Assembly: GCA_977016875.1 (NCBI GenBank)
Contig: CDRNST010000006.1
Span: 4,836,001 to 4,900,000 of the forward strand
DNA length: 64,000 bases
Source: Pavona decussata
Taxonomy: Eukaryota
Direction of reading: 5' to 3'
The notes below the pieces were generated by a model. It was not told the DNA's origin, made no database searches, and saw only the letters and a list, made by a program, of their open reading frames with translations. The translations under genes and the position numbers were made by a program. Positions within the stretch are counted from its first letter, which is position 1, and every line of letters starts with the position of its first letter. Positions 37,618-50,690 of the stretch are shown one piece after another.

Positions 37618-38533
37618 GGGACTGTGCAATAATTATCAGGAGGGGGGCTGAAAAACGAGGGGGGGGGGGGGCATTACCTAAAATTGCTGCCAAGATAGGG
37701 GGGCTCAAAGTAAAATCACTCATTTGACAGAGGGGGGGCCTTAAGTTTTATTCGAAATGTAAATAAAGTTAAACGCAATAAAAGATTCTCAGTACAGGCC
37801 TCATGATAGACCGTAACAAATAGCTGTTAAATGATTATTGAAAAAATTCCATCAAAATGAAAAGATAACTGATTAATTTTAACCCTTCTTCTATTGAGCA
37901 TTGAAAGCTCAAAAAAGGGAAGCTGAGCGCAATACCCTTCCAGACATTAACTGGAAAGAAGAAAATGAAGTCAAATCTTTCACAGTAAGACAAATTAAGA
38001 TCTACCTTAAGCAGAACAATCTTCCTGTATCTGGAAGCAAAGCCGTGCTAGTAGCACGTGCTCTTGATTTCTCGCAAACTGGAACATGAAACAACGAAAG
38101 AATTAGTGCCAATGACAGTGACACAGAACTCCTATCCAGTGATTCCCAATGCGACTCTGATTCTCACACAAGCACTTCCGAAAACAACTCTGAGTTGGAT
38201 TCAGATGACTCCGAAACGGATGGCTTTGTTCAACACTCATATGAGGTATTATTTGTTCCAGACAATGACATCCAACAAGTAAGCGTACGCTTACAGTAGC
38301 ATGACAATATAAAAGGTATTAACTTAAAGGCATCTATGGTAATGGTGGCGGCGAGGAGTGAGTGCGTGTGTGTGTGTGTGTGTTGGTTGGGGGGGGGGAT
38401 GCGACGTTATTTTTAACATAACAGAGGGGGGCTTGGAACTAATTTTTCAGTTTTGGAGGGGGGTACTGTCTAAGTTTTTGCTAGATAAGTCTGGTTTTTC
38501 AGCCCCCCCTCCTGATAATTATTGCACAGTCCC
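37618..38533. mobile_element. PIF/Harbinger-like non-autonomous element carrying a SAP-domain fragment
   Basis: TIR GGGACTGTGCAATAATTATCAGGAGGGGGG, 3-bp TSD TAA; ORF 37901-38089 is SAP-like. Confidence 0.75.
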
Positions 38534-39831
38534 TAAACTGTTTTACTAACTTTCTTACTTTGATTTTGTAGCAGGGATATTAGTTTTTATGACTTCTCGT
38601 GATTCGCCTAATTGCACGATTTTCCAGGCCTATAAAATAACATTCTCAAATTCCACAAGCGATTTTTCTATGACCTTACGAACCCTGCTTTGAAGAAAAC
38701 TAGAGAAATGATGTCAAAAACACTTTTTTGATGTAAAAATTTTAGCCACAAACAGAAAGACTCGACAGAAACAATTAAAGACATACATAAAGCAGACTTC
38801 ACCTCAAGCGAACAGGCCATTGAAGGCGGTTTTTTGACAGTTTCGCCACTGTTCAAAGGTTAAAGTAGATGCAAGCACGGTAAAGTTTACACTCGGGTTC
38901 GCGTGTGACATTTTTCGCATCCATTCGTTGTGTACTCAGAGATCACAAGGTGAAACATCTAAATTAAAAATGCCTTAGTTAAAATTTACTACAGTCGAAC
39001 CTGTATATAACGGCCCTGTATTAAGCGGCCACTTTTTAAAGTTCCGATTTTTCGCGCATACAAACGCTGTATTTGGTACCTGTATTAGGCGGCCACCTCT
39101 ATTAAGCGGCCATGGCCACCCTGTAGCAGTCCCATGTTTGTCTTTCTTTGTTATTTTTACCTGTATGAAGCGGGCACCCTTGAATGGAAAAGCCATATAC
39201 ACAGTACCATGGACAACAGGAATTGTCGCTGGGAGTGCCGGCAGTCAACGACATGCTCTACAAACAAAAGTTCCAAATTTCGAGGTGCCAAACGCACGTG
39301 TCCCACTTGTTTAAGTCGCTGTAATTCTTACCCTATTCCTATTTTAACTTGAAGAATTTTGTTATATATAGTGTTTACTGTTAATTAGCAACATTACCGT
39401 TATAACTCCACTTCGATCGTAATAACTATGAAATGACGGAGTGAGATATTTTGTTGTGAACTGCAAGTCACGTAAGTAAGTAAGTTAGAAATACAGTACT
39501 GTACACCGTACAAGAGTAGAGGACAATTTATTACACAGTGTTTTTACACAATGTTACGCATATTATACCATTAAACAAGGAGCGATCCTATAAAAGGGAA
39601 GGACACGCCCCCTTTTAAGCGCTTTGTTGGCTTCCAAACGGATCAGTATAATGGTGGATGACGTCGGTAACGGTCGAGGAAAAAAGAGAGAAGAACTATC
39701 GTTTGTAAAATCGAAGAGGGAATCGATTTATCAATAAAAATAAGTTAAACGCTAACTATATATCTTGTAAAACACCAGAAATTAGCGAGATTAACGATAA
39801 TAACGGAAATAATCATGTTTCGTTGCCGCAA

Positions 39832-41724
39832 TAGCCTGTTCCAGGCTCCTAGAGAGATGCGATTGTTTATGATCAGTTGTATAACTTTTTGACCAATGAA
39901 GATATCATTTCTAATCCTCATTCGGGTTTTCGCTCGTTACACTCAACTGTGACTGCCCTTCTGGAAGCTACGGATAATTGGGCCTTTAATATTGATCGTG
40001 GCAATGTTAATGCTGTGGTTTTCCTCGATTTAAAAAAGGCTTTCGACACCGTAGACCTTGATATCCTTTTATCTAAAATGAACCTTTATGGAATACAAGG
40101 TACAGCTCTTGATTGGTTTAAGTCGTATTTAACTAATCGTACACAACGATGTCTCGTTAACGGTTCTCTTTCTAGAATCTGCTCTCTTAAATGTGGGGTA
40201 CCGCAAGGAACAATCCTTGGCCCCCTTTTATTTCTAAATTATTTATATTAATGACTTGCCAAACTGCCTTATTTCGTGCCAGCCTAGGATGTACGCCGAT
40301 GACACCCACATTACTTATGCTGGCGTTGATGTGAATTCAATACAGTTAAATCTGAATCACGATTTAGATAACCTAAACAAATGGCTTATTTCCAATAAAC
40401 TTACTTTGAACACTTCTAAAACTGAATTCATGCTAATTGGCTCCAGACAAAAATTGAGTACTTTGGCGAACCCACTTGAGCTCTCGATTAATAATGTTCC
40501 GATAGAACACGTTTCCTCTGTCAAATCGCTTGGAATATTTATTGATGAAAATCTACGGTGGCAAACACACATTGATAAATTATCTAAAAAGATCGCTTCC
40601 GGAATAGGAGCAATAAAAAGAATTAGACCTTTTGTCCCTCCACCTACCCTTCATTATATATACAATTAACGCACTAATTCAATCTCATTTCGATTATTGT
40701 AATCTTGTCTGGGGTAATTGTGGTAAAACATTATTTGAGAGGCTACAGAAGCTTCAGAACCGTGCCGCTCGCGTTTTAACCTTCTCTAGCTATGATGCTG
40801 ATGCTAACCGTTTAATTAGACAACTCGATTGGCAAGACTTGAGCACTCAATTTCAAATACAGAAATCCATAATGGTATACAAGTCTTTAAATGGTCTTGT
40901 TCCTGAATATTTATCATCTAAATTTGTTAAACGTAATGAAACGCGTTACTCCCTAAGGGACTCTGTTAACAAACTATTTGTCCCGTTTCCGCGAACTAAT
41001 TTCATGAAAAACAGCTTTTCTTATAGCGGAGCAGTTCTGTGGAACAGCCTACCCTGTCATGTGAGAGAAGCTGAATCTCTTAGTCAATTTAAAAGATTAG
41101 TTAATGTTCATTTTTAATGTTACACACGGCATTCATGAAAAACAGGTTTTAGTTAGATTAGTTGTAGTCAGGTTTTGAATTTTGTTTAGGATAGTTAGGT
41201 AATTTCTAATTTTTATACTCCTGATGGATTTTACCGCGTTTAAATAAAGATTTATTGATTATTGATTGCGCGAAGGAGAGTGCGAGGAAACGAAAATGCG
41301 GGGGGAATGGGGGAGAGAAAAAGAGGGAAAGAAGAGGATAACGTCGCGTTAATAAGTTTCTTATTTCGAACGGCATTGAAACGGCGGGGGACTTTCGTTC
41401 CAAGACACGTCAAATTTTTTTAGCAAAATGTACAGGATTTTGAGGGTTGAAATCCCAAACCCGGAGAACCTTTCGGTGTCTGCGACATTGAAGCGATGTA
41501 TGGACAACCGCGCGAACTCGAGAACTCGCGCGAGTAATCAAAACCCGTGACAATGAAAAGTTTGACATTTTGACACATCTTGGAAAAAGTGGGCGGCATG
41601 AGGTGTTTAAGAAAATGATTACAGGCTCCTCTTCTTTCCCTCTTTTTCTCTCCCCCATTCCCCCCTCGTTTTCGTCCCCTCGCACTCTCATTCGCGCATC
41701 TCTCTAGGAGCCTGGAACAGGCTA
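39832..41724. mobile_element. hAT-like MITE (TAGCCTGTTCCAGGCTC) split by an L2 insertion
   Basis: About 30 bp TIRs; perfect 8-bp TSD TGCCGCAA. Confidence 0.88.
39862..41268 (+). mobile_element. 5'-truncated L2/CR1 LINE (RT plus 3' UTR, ATTG tail)
   Basis: FLDLKKAFDTV, GVPQGTILGPLLF, MYADDT, LQKLQNRAARVL; two frameshifts; AATAAA then (ATTG)n tail. Confidence 0.92.
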
Positions 41725-44063
41725 TGCCGCAATCGAAAGATTACATGTAACTTACCTCGAAATTGGAAATCCTTCTACCAAATACACAGCACAAAGATCG
41801 AAACCATTATAAACTGAAGCCTGCGACGAACTGGACATCTGTATCCCTCCATCTGAACATGCCGATAACCAAAACGAGTCTGTGTTGTTCGCCAAAACTG
41901 GCGGGATTTTCAAAATTTGGCAGATGTTTTCCGCTAAACGGCCGCTCGAGTCGTCATGCTGGGTTCAAGTTCATTACCGCTTGTGTATCTATCGACCACG
42001 TACGTGAAAACTAACTCTACTAATCCGCTGGAAGTGGCAGTAATAAATTCTAAACTTCTATGCACAAGTCAAAAATAAAAACATCTAAACACATTTCGTA
42101 CCTGATCATGCATATTTGCATAATTTGCTAATTCGAAAAATCACCAACGGATATAAACAAAACACGACCTGATGTTGCTCTCATGTATCTTATGGATGAA
42201 ATGATAATGGCAATGGCTCTCATATCAGTATTAAAATTAGCCAGTACTAAATATATTCTAAGTTTATACAGTAAGCGATAGAGAGGGCGACTTCAAAAAG
42301 ATTACCAGCTCCGTCGTCTTGCGTGCGATCGCTCGCCGCTTGAGACACTTCACTTTTCTCCTCCGTTGCCCGCTCCGTTGTTTCTCCTAGGCCTCGCTTC
42401 CGCGACTTTGTGTCTTTACTTAATATCTCTCGCCCACTAAACGACACAAAGGATCGAAGCGATTCCATCTCGGAAGCCGGTTTCAGAAGAACAACCTATT
42501 TCGAGACAGAGTTTGTTTACGAACTTTATCCTATAACTCATTTCGGAAATATCTCAGAAGGATAAGATTTTACCAGCCGATAAATGAATTTCCGATCTCA
42601 AAATAGACGGATAACTTAACTTTCTAAATTCTTCTCCTGTAGCCATATTCGTTGGATTGATTTTGAACAAAATAATTCGAACTAAAACAGCTTTTCCGCC
42701 AACTCGTCACGTCCTTTCAAATCAAAGTTGCGGGAACTTGAACGTGCTAAAATAAGACCTTTGGTAATCAACCAATCCGATACACGTGTTTGGGATTTTT
42801 GATTGACAGTCTGAACTGTTCAGCCTGGTCTTATAGGATCGCTCCATGTTTACGAGTTACAAGTTGGCACTGAACTTTGTAAAGTATTGATCTCTTGAAA
42901 GAGTGTTGATTGTCCTATTGTTTCCTTGCATGAAATGTTTTTGTATGATAGACACCATTAAAATTGACATTAGGCAACGCCCAGTGAGTATTTAGCGATC
43001 CTGCATTAAGCGGCCACCTGTATTAAGCGGCAGTTGCTCAAGTCCCGAGGGTGGCCGCTATATACAGGTTCGACTGTATTTCTGTTGTTGTAAACTGCCT
43101 AACTAGTGTTGCTGTTGGCCCCTGTAGAATAGGACCTGCAGATTAAAATGGCATATGTGACACTTGATGTAAGGCTTTTATTTCAGTGCTTTCTGAGTAT
43201 TCAAGGTAAAATGTAGTCGGGATCCCCTAGACACATTTTGGTCTCGTTGCTTTTGTATAATAAATGCAGTTAAATCTTACATATTTATCACTGTGAGTTC
43301 ATTCGAGACCTTTATTACATTTAGGGCTAAAAGTTATTACACATAGGGGACTAAATTATTGAAACATTTAAAGACTAAAAGTACAATTACACATATTTCT
43401 CTGTGTTTCTAAATTTACCTACCCTAACATTTGGAGTGTTTCTTCGGTTTTAACCCTTCATTGTTGTATATGTGGGGCTCTATTCTGCAGACACTGTAGG
43501 TTCTTACTACAGCTGACTGACAGCCCACTGAAAATATCCATTCCCCCCCCGCCCCACCCGAGAAGGTCAGTGGAAATTGCGAGTGGGAGGAGGGGGGGGG
43601 GCTGTTTGGTGGAAATTTCCGAGGGGTTGGGGGTGTCCATACGAAGAATTTCTTAACAGGTAAGGAAATTTATGAGAAAATCGTAAGTGAGGCACAAAGT
43701 TGGCAGACACGAATTTTCAGTCGCCATTGCGGAAAAATAGTTATTGTCCAGGACAAAAACAGTGTAAGCGATGAATCATTCTGTTAGAATTCATTTTGGT
43801 AGAAGTGTGAAAGTAAGGCCTGACTTTCCTTTTTCTGACAGGTAGTTTTGTTAAAAGTTCGACTTCGCAGTGCGATCAGTCGGCCTTAGCCGTGGCCGTG
43901 ACTTCATGATCGCTTGAAGTTCAAGTTTTAAAATAAATCATAACCCTCTTTACACATATGGCAACATCAAATTAGGAAATTAAAAGGTTTTGATGAGCTT
44001 GGCCTGTTCGTAGTTCCACAGGCGAGATTGCCTTTCACATACGTTTTTCAGTGGAGATCGTTG

Positions 44064-44199
44064 TAGCCTGCGAAGCAGTCATTTCCGTTTTCTTTAAGCA
44101 TGAAAGACGCGCGAGGGAATCGGGCAAAAAGGAGCAAAAAAGTAGCCATCGTGCATCTTTCATGCTTAAAGGAAACAGAAACGACTGCTACGCAGGCTA
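44064..44199. mobile_element. TAGCCTG-family MITE inside a CCAGAAAATATCC-family element (about 43520-44408)
   Basis: TIR TAGCCTGCG.AGCAGTC; flanks AGATCGTTG / AGATCATTG. Confidence 0.75.
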
Positions 44200-45359
44200 A
44201 GATCATTGCAAAAATATGGAATTTGTAAAGGAAGCCGATTTAGTAGCCTCCCTCTTTTGGCTTGCCACGCAATCTTTCCTCCCCGGGAGGAGGCTACTGA
44301 TTTAGGTGAAAAAGAAAAGTGGGAAATTCCTGGAAGAGGGGGTCTTCAAAGAACCCTCTGGAATTTCCATTCCAGGGGAGGGTTATGGATATTTTCTGGA
44401 ACCACACAATTGGTTGTACTAAACAACTGTGTACGCAATTGGCAGCATTTAAAATAAGGTAAGGTCACATGCGGGACAGTAATGTTTGCGTCTTTTGTTA
44501 CAAATTAGTTATATGTGCTCGTTCCATACAAGATGCTCATCTAACGCAACCCCTATATAACAAAAGCTTGACACTGTACTCTTTCAATGTTTTTCCCATG
44601 AAGTTGTATTTCAGTGTCTGAGGAATGTTCTAGTTTGCCTAGTTCAAAACAGCATCCGTCATCAGCATCAGTAACAGTCTTACTCTGATTAAGTACCAAC
44701 CTGTTGCTTGCCAACCACTGCTCAACATAGTTTAGATCATTTTGAAGAACCTACTTGATGAGACCCGGACCGTAATCATTTCAGTAAGCACCGTGGGAGA
44801 TCATTGTTGTATACCACAAACAGTATTGGGCCCAGTATGGATCCTTGAGGAACCCCATAACCAATAGCTAAGTTGTACTTTGGCATACAGATTAACTATC
44901 ATACAACAATCGGAGTTCATTATTTGTTGTTTGAGCTTACTGCTGAAATTTCAGAAACCATTCATGAATTGTTTATTGGTTCCACTGATCTGCATAATAG
45001 ACACGGAAAAGAGCATGTATTGAGATAACAGCTGGCTCATTCATATTGAATAATTTATAAACCCATTCTGATGTTTGCAAAAAAAGTTCATTTTTTGCAA
45101 GGAGTAAGATAATTTATGAGTACTATTCGATTGGCATTACTTGGAACAAATGGGGATGGTTGAATATCGTACAGCGCCATCAATGATGTTGGAGTTAAAA
45201 AAAAATCGTGTTGGCTTTAAGTTCCGTGGATGTATTACAGTCACTATCATGGTTGTTTGACCCAATTGAAACACACTATATAATAATTGTTATTATTAAT
45301 AATATAATTAGTGTCAATTTAAGTTTCCAGTGAAGTTGTTCATTGCAAAGCTAACCAAA

Positions 45360-46080
45360 TGCTATCACTTTCAGAAACTCAAAAAACTGTGAAACGTTTT
45401 ACTAATTACTCTGATACAACATAACTTTTGTTAAAGTGAAAACCTTGCTAGGGCCTTGAAAAAGGTACGTTCAATGCTTTTGCAACAAAGTTCACCTATT
45501 CAAAATACTATATACCATTATCACACCAGATTTTCATCCAAAAACAATTTCTATATCAAATTAAACATTCTCGAATAAATCAATTAAAAAATTCCCTTTC
45601 CAGAATTGGAGCTAAAATATGGAACAGTGTTCCACCTGATATTCGCAAACTATCCAAACATACCTTTAAGAAAAAAACTATGCAAAGTGCTACTTAAGGT
45701 TCTGTCGCTTGAGGATACCTATGTTGACGTGTCTACCCCGATCTCTAAACTATTGCATTATTATATTCATAACTTATAACCACAAACCGCCAGTGTATAT
45801 CATATACATATATATGTATGTACTTATTTATTTATTTATTAATTTATTTCATAAAGTAATCACTTCATTCTCTTAGTATAATCTATTCCCTTATTTCTTG
45901 TAGTGTCTCTTTAATATATTGTATATCTTCTTCTTGTCTTACTTTGCCTGCCACGATTAGCTTTTGCTGCCCGCGGTCCAGTGTATTAAGTAAAACAAGT
46001 TGCATTTCTCTGTATTTATGCATTTAATGTATTTATAAATTTAATGTACACTTAGTGATGAAATAAAATTTATACATTTA
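45360..46080 (+). mobile_element. Degenerate L2-like LINE 3' remnant
   Basis: SRINQLKNSLSRIGAKIWNSVPPDIRKLSKHTFKKK at about 45570-45680 is an L2-type C-terminal motif. Confidence 0.55.
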
Positions 46081-46083
46081 ATG

Positions 46084-46450
46084 TAAGGTGTCATTTAATG
46101 CACGTGTCATCGACAGAGGCAATTCACGCGTAAGAAAAACGCTGGAATCTTGGCACGCTGCGATAACCAGCCAGGCAGACAATAATGCTAAACATCTGCC
46201 AAGACAATACTCAATTTTATTATAACTTTATTCATGTCATCAATATTTTTTCTTCACACTATTATTTCCCTTGTATTATTGTATTTATTCATATTTGTTC
46301 GTTATTTTTTCTCACCTCTTTGTATATATGTTTCTGCCTTCACTTTTTACATCTCACTTTTTAAAGATTGCAGACTGGCAATCGAAAGCTCAGTGTTTTT
46401 AAACTTTTAACCAGAGAACGTCTTTAGAATTTTTTTAAATTTAATATGTT
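46084..46450 (+). mobile_element. Penelope-like 3' fragment with degenerate hammerhead-like motif
   Basis: NARVIDRGNSRVRKTLESWH...NNAKHLPRQYSILL*; AAGATTGCAGACTGGCAATCGAAAG at about 46363-46388. Confidence 0.6.
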
Positions 46451-46808
46451 TAAAAAGTTTTATCCTAACTGGAAGAATATTTTTATTCTACGGTGACCCT
46501 TTGATTGAAGGTTTGCAGACTAGGAAGGCACTCTTTGTCCTTAGGATTGCATTGGTCTTTCAGATCTAAGCATTAATAGAGTCAAGTAGAGAGTATAGGA
46601 AAGCCTCATTTATATCATGTCACTACTGGGTAAACAACCCATTACTTTTGTTACTTAGGCTCACCACACTCGTGAACTGTTTTGTTGTTGCCGATAGGGT
46701 AAGCATTCCAGAAAATTAAGGCAGGTTCCCTGAATAAACTTTAAGGTATGCCAGTTGATAAAATTGACTTTACTGGCTTTTACTGATTATAATACTTGTT
46801 CATAATAG

Positions 46809-46931
46809 GACTTGGTGTATGACCTGGGTGATGCATCCAAATGGGAATTTATGTTCTATACCACTGATAAACCACTTCTGATGATTTCGTCTGTGGATGA
46901 AGCTGATCCTCTTGATATTGATGATGATGAG
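46809..46931 (+). CDS. DRC7: DRC7 coding exon 7
   Basis: DLVYDLGDASKWEFMFYTTDKPLLMISSVDEADPLDIDDDE. Confidence 0.92.
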
Positions 46932-48029
46932 GTACTGTCTCACTCCCCTTCCTACTGTTATTGATATTATAATGTCATGAGGTGGACACTCTTCCCTTTC
47001 TCGTTTGTAAGAGTTGTTGCTGAGGGCAGAGTGATGGTGGGGGCATGTGTTGCTCACTACAGAGATATTAGTGATAGGTGCTAAAGAAATTTTTCTTGAA
47101 ACTTGGCCTCATTTAGACCTCCCTATTTACTAATATACTCTGGGTAGTGTTTCCAAGTGCCATGAGATGAATACATCTCCAATCCTCATTAACAGAGCGA
47201 TTGTTGACTATACCATTTATGGGTACTGCTATTGCCATTACATAGATAAAAGATAGAATGTTTTATTCAACATGTCTAGGAGACAGTGACCCTTTACTGT
47301 TTTCTTTATTGCAACCGCCAATGTTTCACTTGACATGGTTCAGTCTTGCATGTATACAAACGAAATCAGTCAAGTGTCAGTATTCTGTTGCGTAGATCGA
47401 TTTTGTTTTCTAGAAAGGTAAAAAGCTGTTTTAGCATTTGATCAAAAATTGAATATGCAACAAAGTTCTTGCACGATCACTAGCCTCTGTAGTAACATAG
47501 GGCTTATTTGGAGCAATCTCGATTTTCAGGAAAAAAAAGCACTTAACGTTGGTCTTGCATAAAACCCCTCAAATGATGTCATTACTGATTACTAATGCCT
47601 TAATCATTGAAGCTTGGGAACATTATCATAAGTAATTCAAACGAGCTTTGGAACCCTATGTGGTTGTCCCAGGGCTGCAGTGATGATGAAAAGTATAAGA
47701 TGAGAATATTTCTCTTAGTGATCGGTGAAATTAACTGAAAATCAACCACGATTGTCATGAAAACTTCAAACCACCTGAAAAGTAAGGTAATGGACTCTGT
47801 AATTAACTAATTCAAAGGATTTTGCATCAGGTAGACTAATGAAACTTTCAATCACTTATTAGAACACTTGCTAAATTGTGATCTTTGTCAATGTTTGCGC
47901 GACTGCCTGTTACAGGACATAACTGTCTTTGCAAAGAAAGAAGCCACTGCAGAAAGTTAATCCTGACAAATGTGTTCGATGTTTGTAAAAAGGAAAGAAG
48001 CAAACACCTTAGCATCTGAAAAACCTCAC

Positions 48030-49200
48030 TGCAGCATCAGATTCAAGTGGGATGCCTTGAGATGGTGTAACGAGAAGAAACTGAAAGTGTGTGTCCCAAT
48101 AAGTCCAAATTCTCTGAGGTCAGAGCTCAAAAACAAGCTGGAAAAATGCCTGGCATTCTGGCTTTCAGCAAGAACTTGCTGGATCAACACAAGCCTTGAC
48201 ATCTTCTGAGTCTGATGTCTTGGAGATGACTGGGAAGGGATCTTGGAAAGAGTATCAGCAACTGCTAGTTCCTTCCCTGGCACATGTTCTGCCTTGGCCT
48301 TAAATCTCATCATACACATAAGACGACGCTGATATCTCAAGGGTACTCCATCCAGGTCTTGATGATTAATTAGTGCTACCAGAGGCTTGTGATCTGTCAT
48401 AAGCTGAAATGACTTGAGCCCACAGAGATGGCAAGAGAGCTTCCCACATGTGCATATTGACGCTAGACACTCCTTTTCAATTCGAGTGCACTTCTCAGCA
48501 TCGGTAAGCGTGCAGGTGACAAATACCACAGGGTGCAGTTGGCCACCATGCCTCTGCATAAGGACACCACCCAGACCAAAGCTACTGGCATCCGCACTGA
48601 CTACAGTCAGTTTAATTTCTTCTTTAGGGGTCAGTCAGTGTCGTCTTATTATGGATCTGGTCGCGACATCTCAATAAATTTGGGCTACTCAATCGGCTTG
48701 CCTGCAAACTTGAAAAAGCTGAAGTGATAGTGAGCGTTGCTGCTCTTTTGCCCGGAGCAGAGCTATACTGGAATCTGTCGGTGTACTTAAGATAGTTGCC
48801 GCAAAAACAGTTTCCTGACCATCTATCAGCCTCTCAATGTATGCAAACTTTGGATCACGAGGGAGATAGGCTTGGTAACCCCCACTGGTAACAGCTGATG
48901 AACTGACACATGTAAGTCTCGACCGCAAAGCAACAGCTGCAGGAGTTTCTCTACTCAGTTTTTCTGGAGACCTAATTCCAGGGTTTTTGACCATGTGTGA
49001 GTGAAGATGTGTATCCACTACTGTACCCAACCAACTGAGACAAGTTCTCATAATGGCATGAGGACGCTGTATTTGTTTTAGGATCTGACTCCAAACTCAC
49101 AGGGGTAACTTTTGGCTTAGACATGTATTCGCTTGCTTGGCTGAATGGATGTGCCGGAGGTGGCATAGGTAAGTATATTGGATTCACTGACTTCGATACT
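48030..49200 (-). mobile_element. Degenerate Gypsy remnant (RNase H region)
   Basis: RIEKECLA...FQLMTDHKPLVALIN...VPGKELAVADTLS. Confidence 0.75.
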
Positions 49201-49329
49201 GCTACTTCTGAGGATCTTCCTCAAGTGGCTGACTGCTTGTGTTTGGCCCTGAAAGGTCAATTTTGGGCAGACCAAAAAAAAAAAAAACCGGATCTCAACA
49301 CAACCAGATATGTTTATTTTTTCGTTTGA

Positions 49330-50690
49330 CCTTGTGCTACAAAACGCGTGCCCTACTCCATGGGAAGCAAGCTAAAGCTCGTGCGATGCTGCTACCAGAA
49401 GTGGCTACTCCAGGTGAGGTAAAGGGGCCCCATCCAGCCTGCTATGTGCAATGTGAAGTAGCAGGTGTGGACCCAAATAGGTCCCACATACTACCCATAC
49501 TTAGAAGTTAAGTAAGAATATATTAGTAGTAGGAATATATCAGCCTTTTGAGGGATTCATGATCCACTCACTAGATGTGCTTGCTGTGGCCTGGAATCTG
49601 AAAGATGTCAAGAAAAGGTGGTCTCTCGACCACCGTCCAAGTGTCTGGTTTGATAAGCCAAAGAGGTAGCCCAGGCCCTGGTGCTGTGGTAGCAGGAGTT
49701 ATCCTGCTCTGAATGGGGAAATCAAAGGTTCTTGAAGTGACTCAGATAAGGGAGGAGGTGGTTTTGTGAAGAGAGGATGAAAGGACTGGGGGAGAAACTA
49801 GGCTAGAACACGACGGCTATAGGGGTGGCAGTGAATACAATAGGGAGGGGTCTCCTTCTTGTAGATATTGTGGTACGACTACTCGTTAACTTTGCCCCTG
49901 GCTATAGAAAGTTTGGAAGCTGCCATGTAACGAAAGGCAGTGTCGTACAACAGCCAAGCTGAATCTTTAATTTTCTGCCTTAAGATGCACATTTGGTTGT
50001 GATATGACTGAAGGTCTGGGGCTAGTTGGGGGAATTGTGAAAGAATGTGCTTTGGAAAACGTTCCAAACGTTTCTCTGGCACCAGTGGGAGGTTGGAGTG
50101 GAAAAATCGTCAAAAGTCCTCTGTGGTGCCAGTTGGAGTCTGGGCTCTAGTTGAAGTTGTAGCAAAAAGCCCCCATCTTGGATGTTGACTCGAGTTTTGT
50201 CGAGAGCCTGTGTTTGTAGCATTGTTTAGAACACTGTCCAGGGACAGACCAGAGAGGTCGTTTGGTGGATTTGATGGGTGGACAAGGGCAAGTCATGATC
50301 ATGTTCTGGAGCTGGCTTAGTTTACACTTGAAAATTAATTGAGTGGAGGAGGGCAGATGTTCAAATTGGCGAGTTTGAAGTAGTTTTGTGGTCATTTGGT
50401 CTAATTTTTCGATGTCGCCCTTGAGCCAAAGTTATGACAAACCTGTTTGAGCAGGATAAACTTTGGATCACTTCTCGTTTTTCTTCGACATCGACTTGCT
50501 GTTCAACTTGAGGCTACCACCAAAGAGTACCTGGGTGGCGGGCCCTGATTTTTAGGACATAACTACAAGTCCTTGCCCTAACCAGTCGAGTGGTAGAGTT
50601 GTGTTTGCTAAGAAAGGCTTAAAAAGTTCTCACAGAATCTGTCATATCCAGAAATGCGAAGCAGTTGAGTTACTGTAACTCCCAATGGTA
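49330..50690 (-). mobile_element. Degenerate DIRS/Ngaro-like remnant (gag-like)
   Basis: FPQLAPDLQSYHNQM...SAWLLYDTAFRYMAA carries the W..YD..FR motif typical of DIRS/Ngaro ORF1; extent approximate. Confidence 0.5.

Larger units (their letters stand above)
39580..42844. mobile_element. TIR element GAGCGATCCTATAA (possibly Sola2-like)
   Basis: Inverted termini GAGCGATCCTATAA / TTATAGGATCGCTC; flanks CAAG / CATG. Confidence 0.55.
38992..43076. mobile_element. Tc1/pogo-type non-autonomous element
   Basis: TIR CAGTCGAACCTGTATATA, TA TSD, TATTAAGCGGCC subterminal repeats. Confidence 0.85.
37111..43395. mobile_element. Outer TIR-like element with tandem subterminal repeats (AAATGTAATAA units), host of a nest
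   Basis: Tandem CTAAATGTAATAAAGGTCCTAAGTGTAATAAC at 37111-37225; inverted copies at about 43288-43395. Confidence 0.55.

Noticed and set aside
46355-46395. Active hammerhead ribozyme
   Set aside because: The stem and GAAA are present but the CUGA core is mutated (TTAAAGA); treated as a relic.
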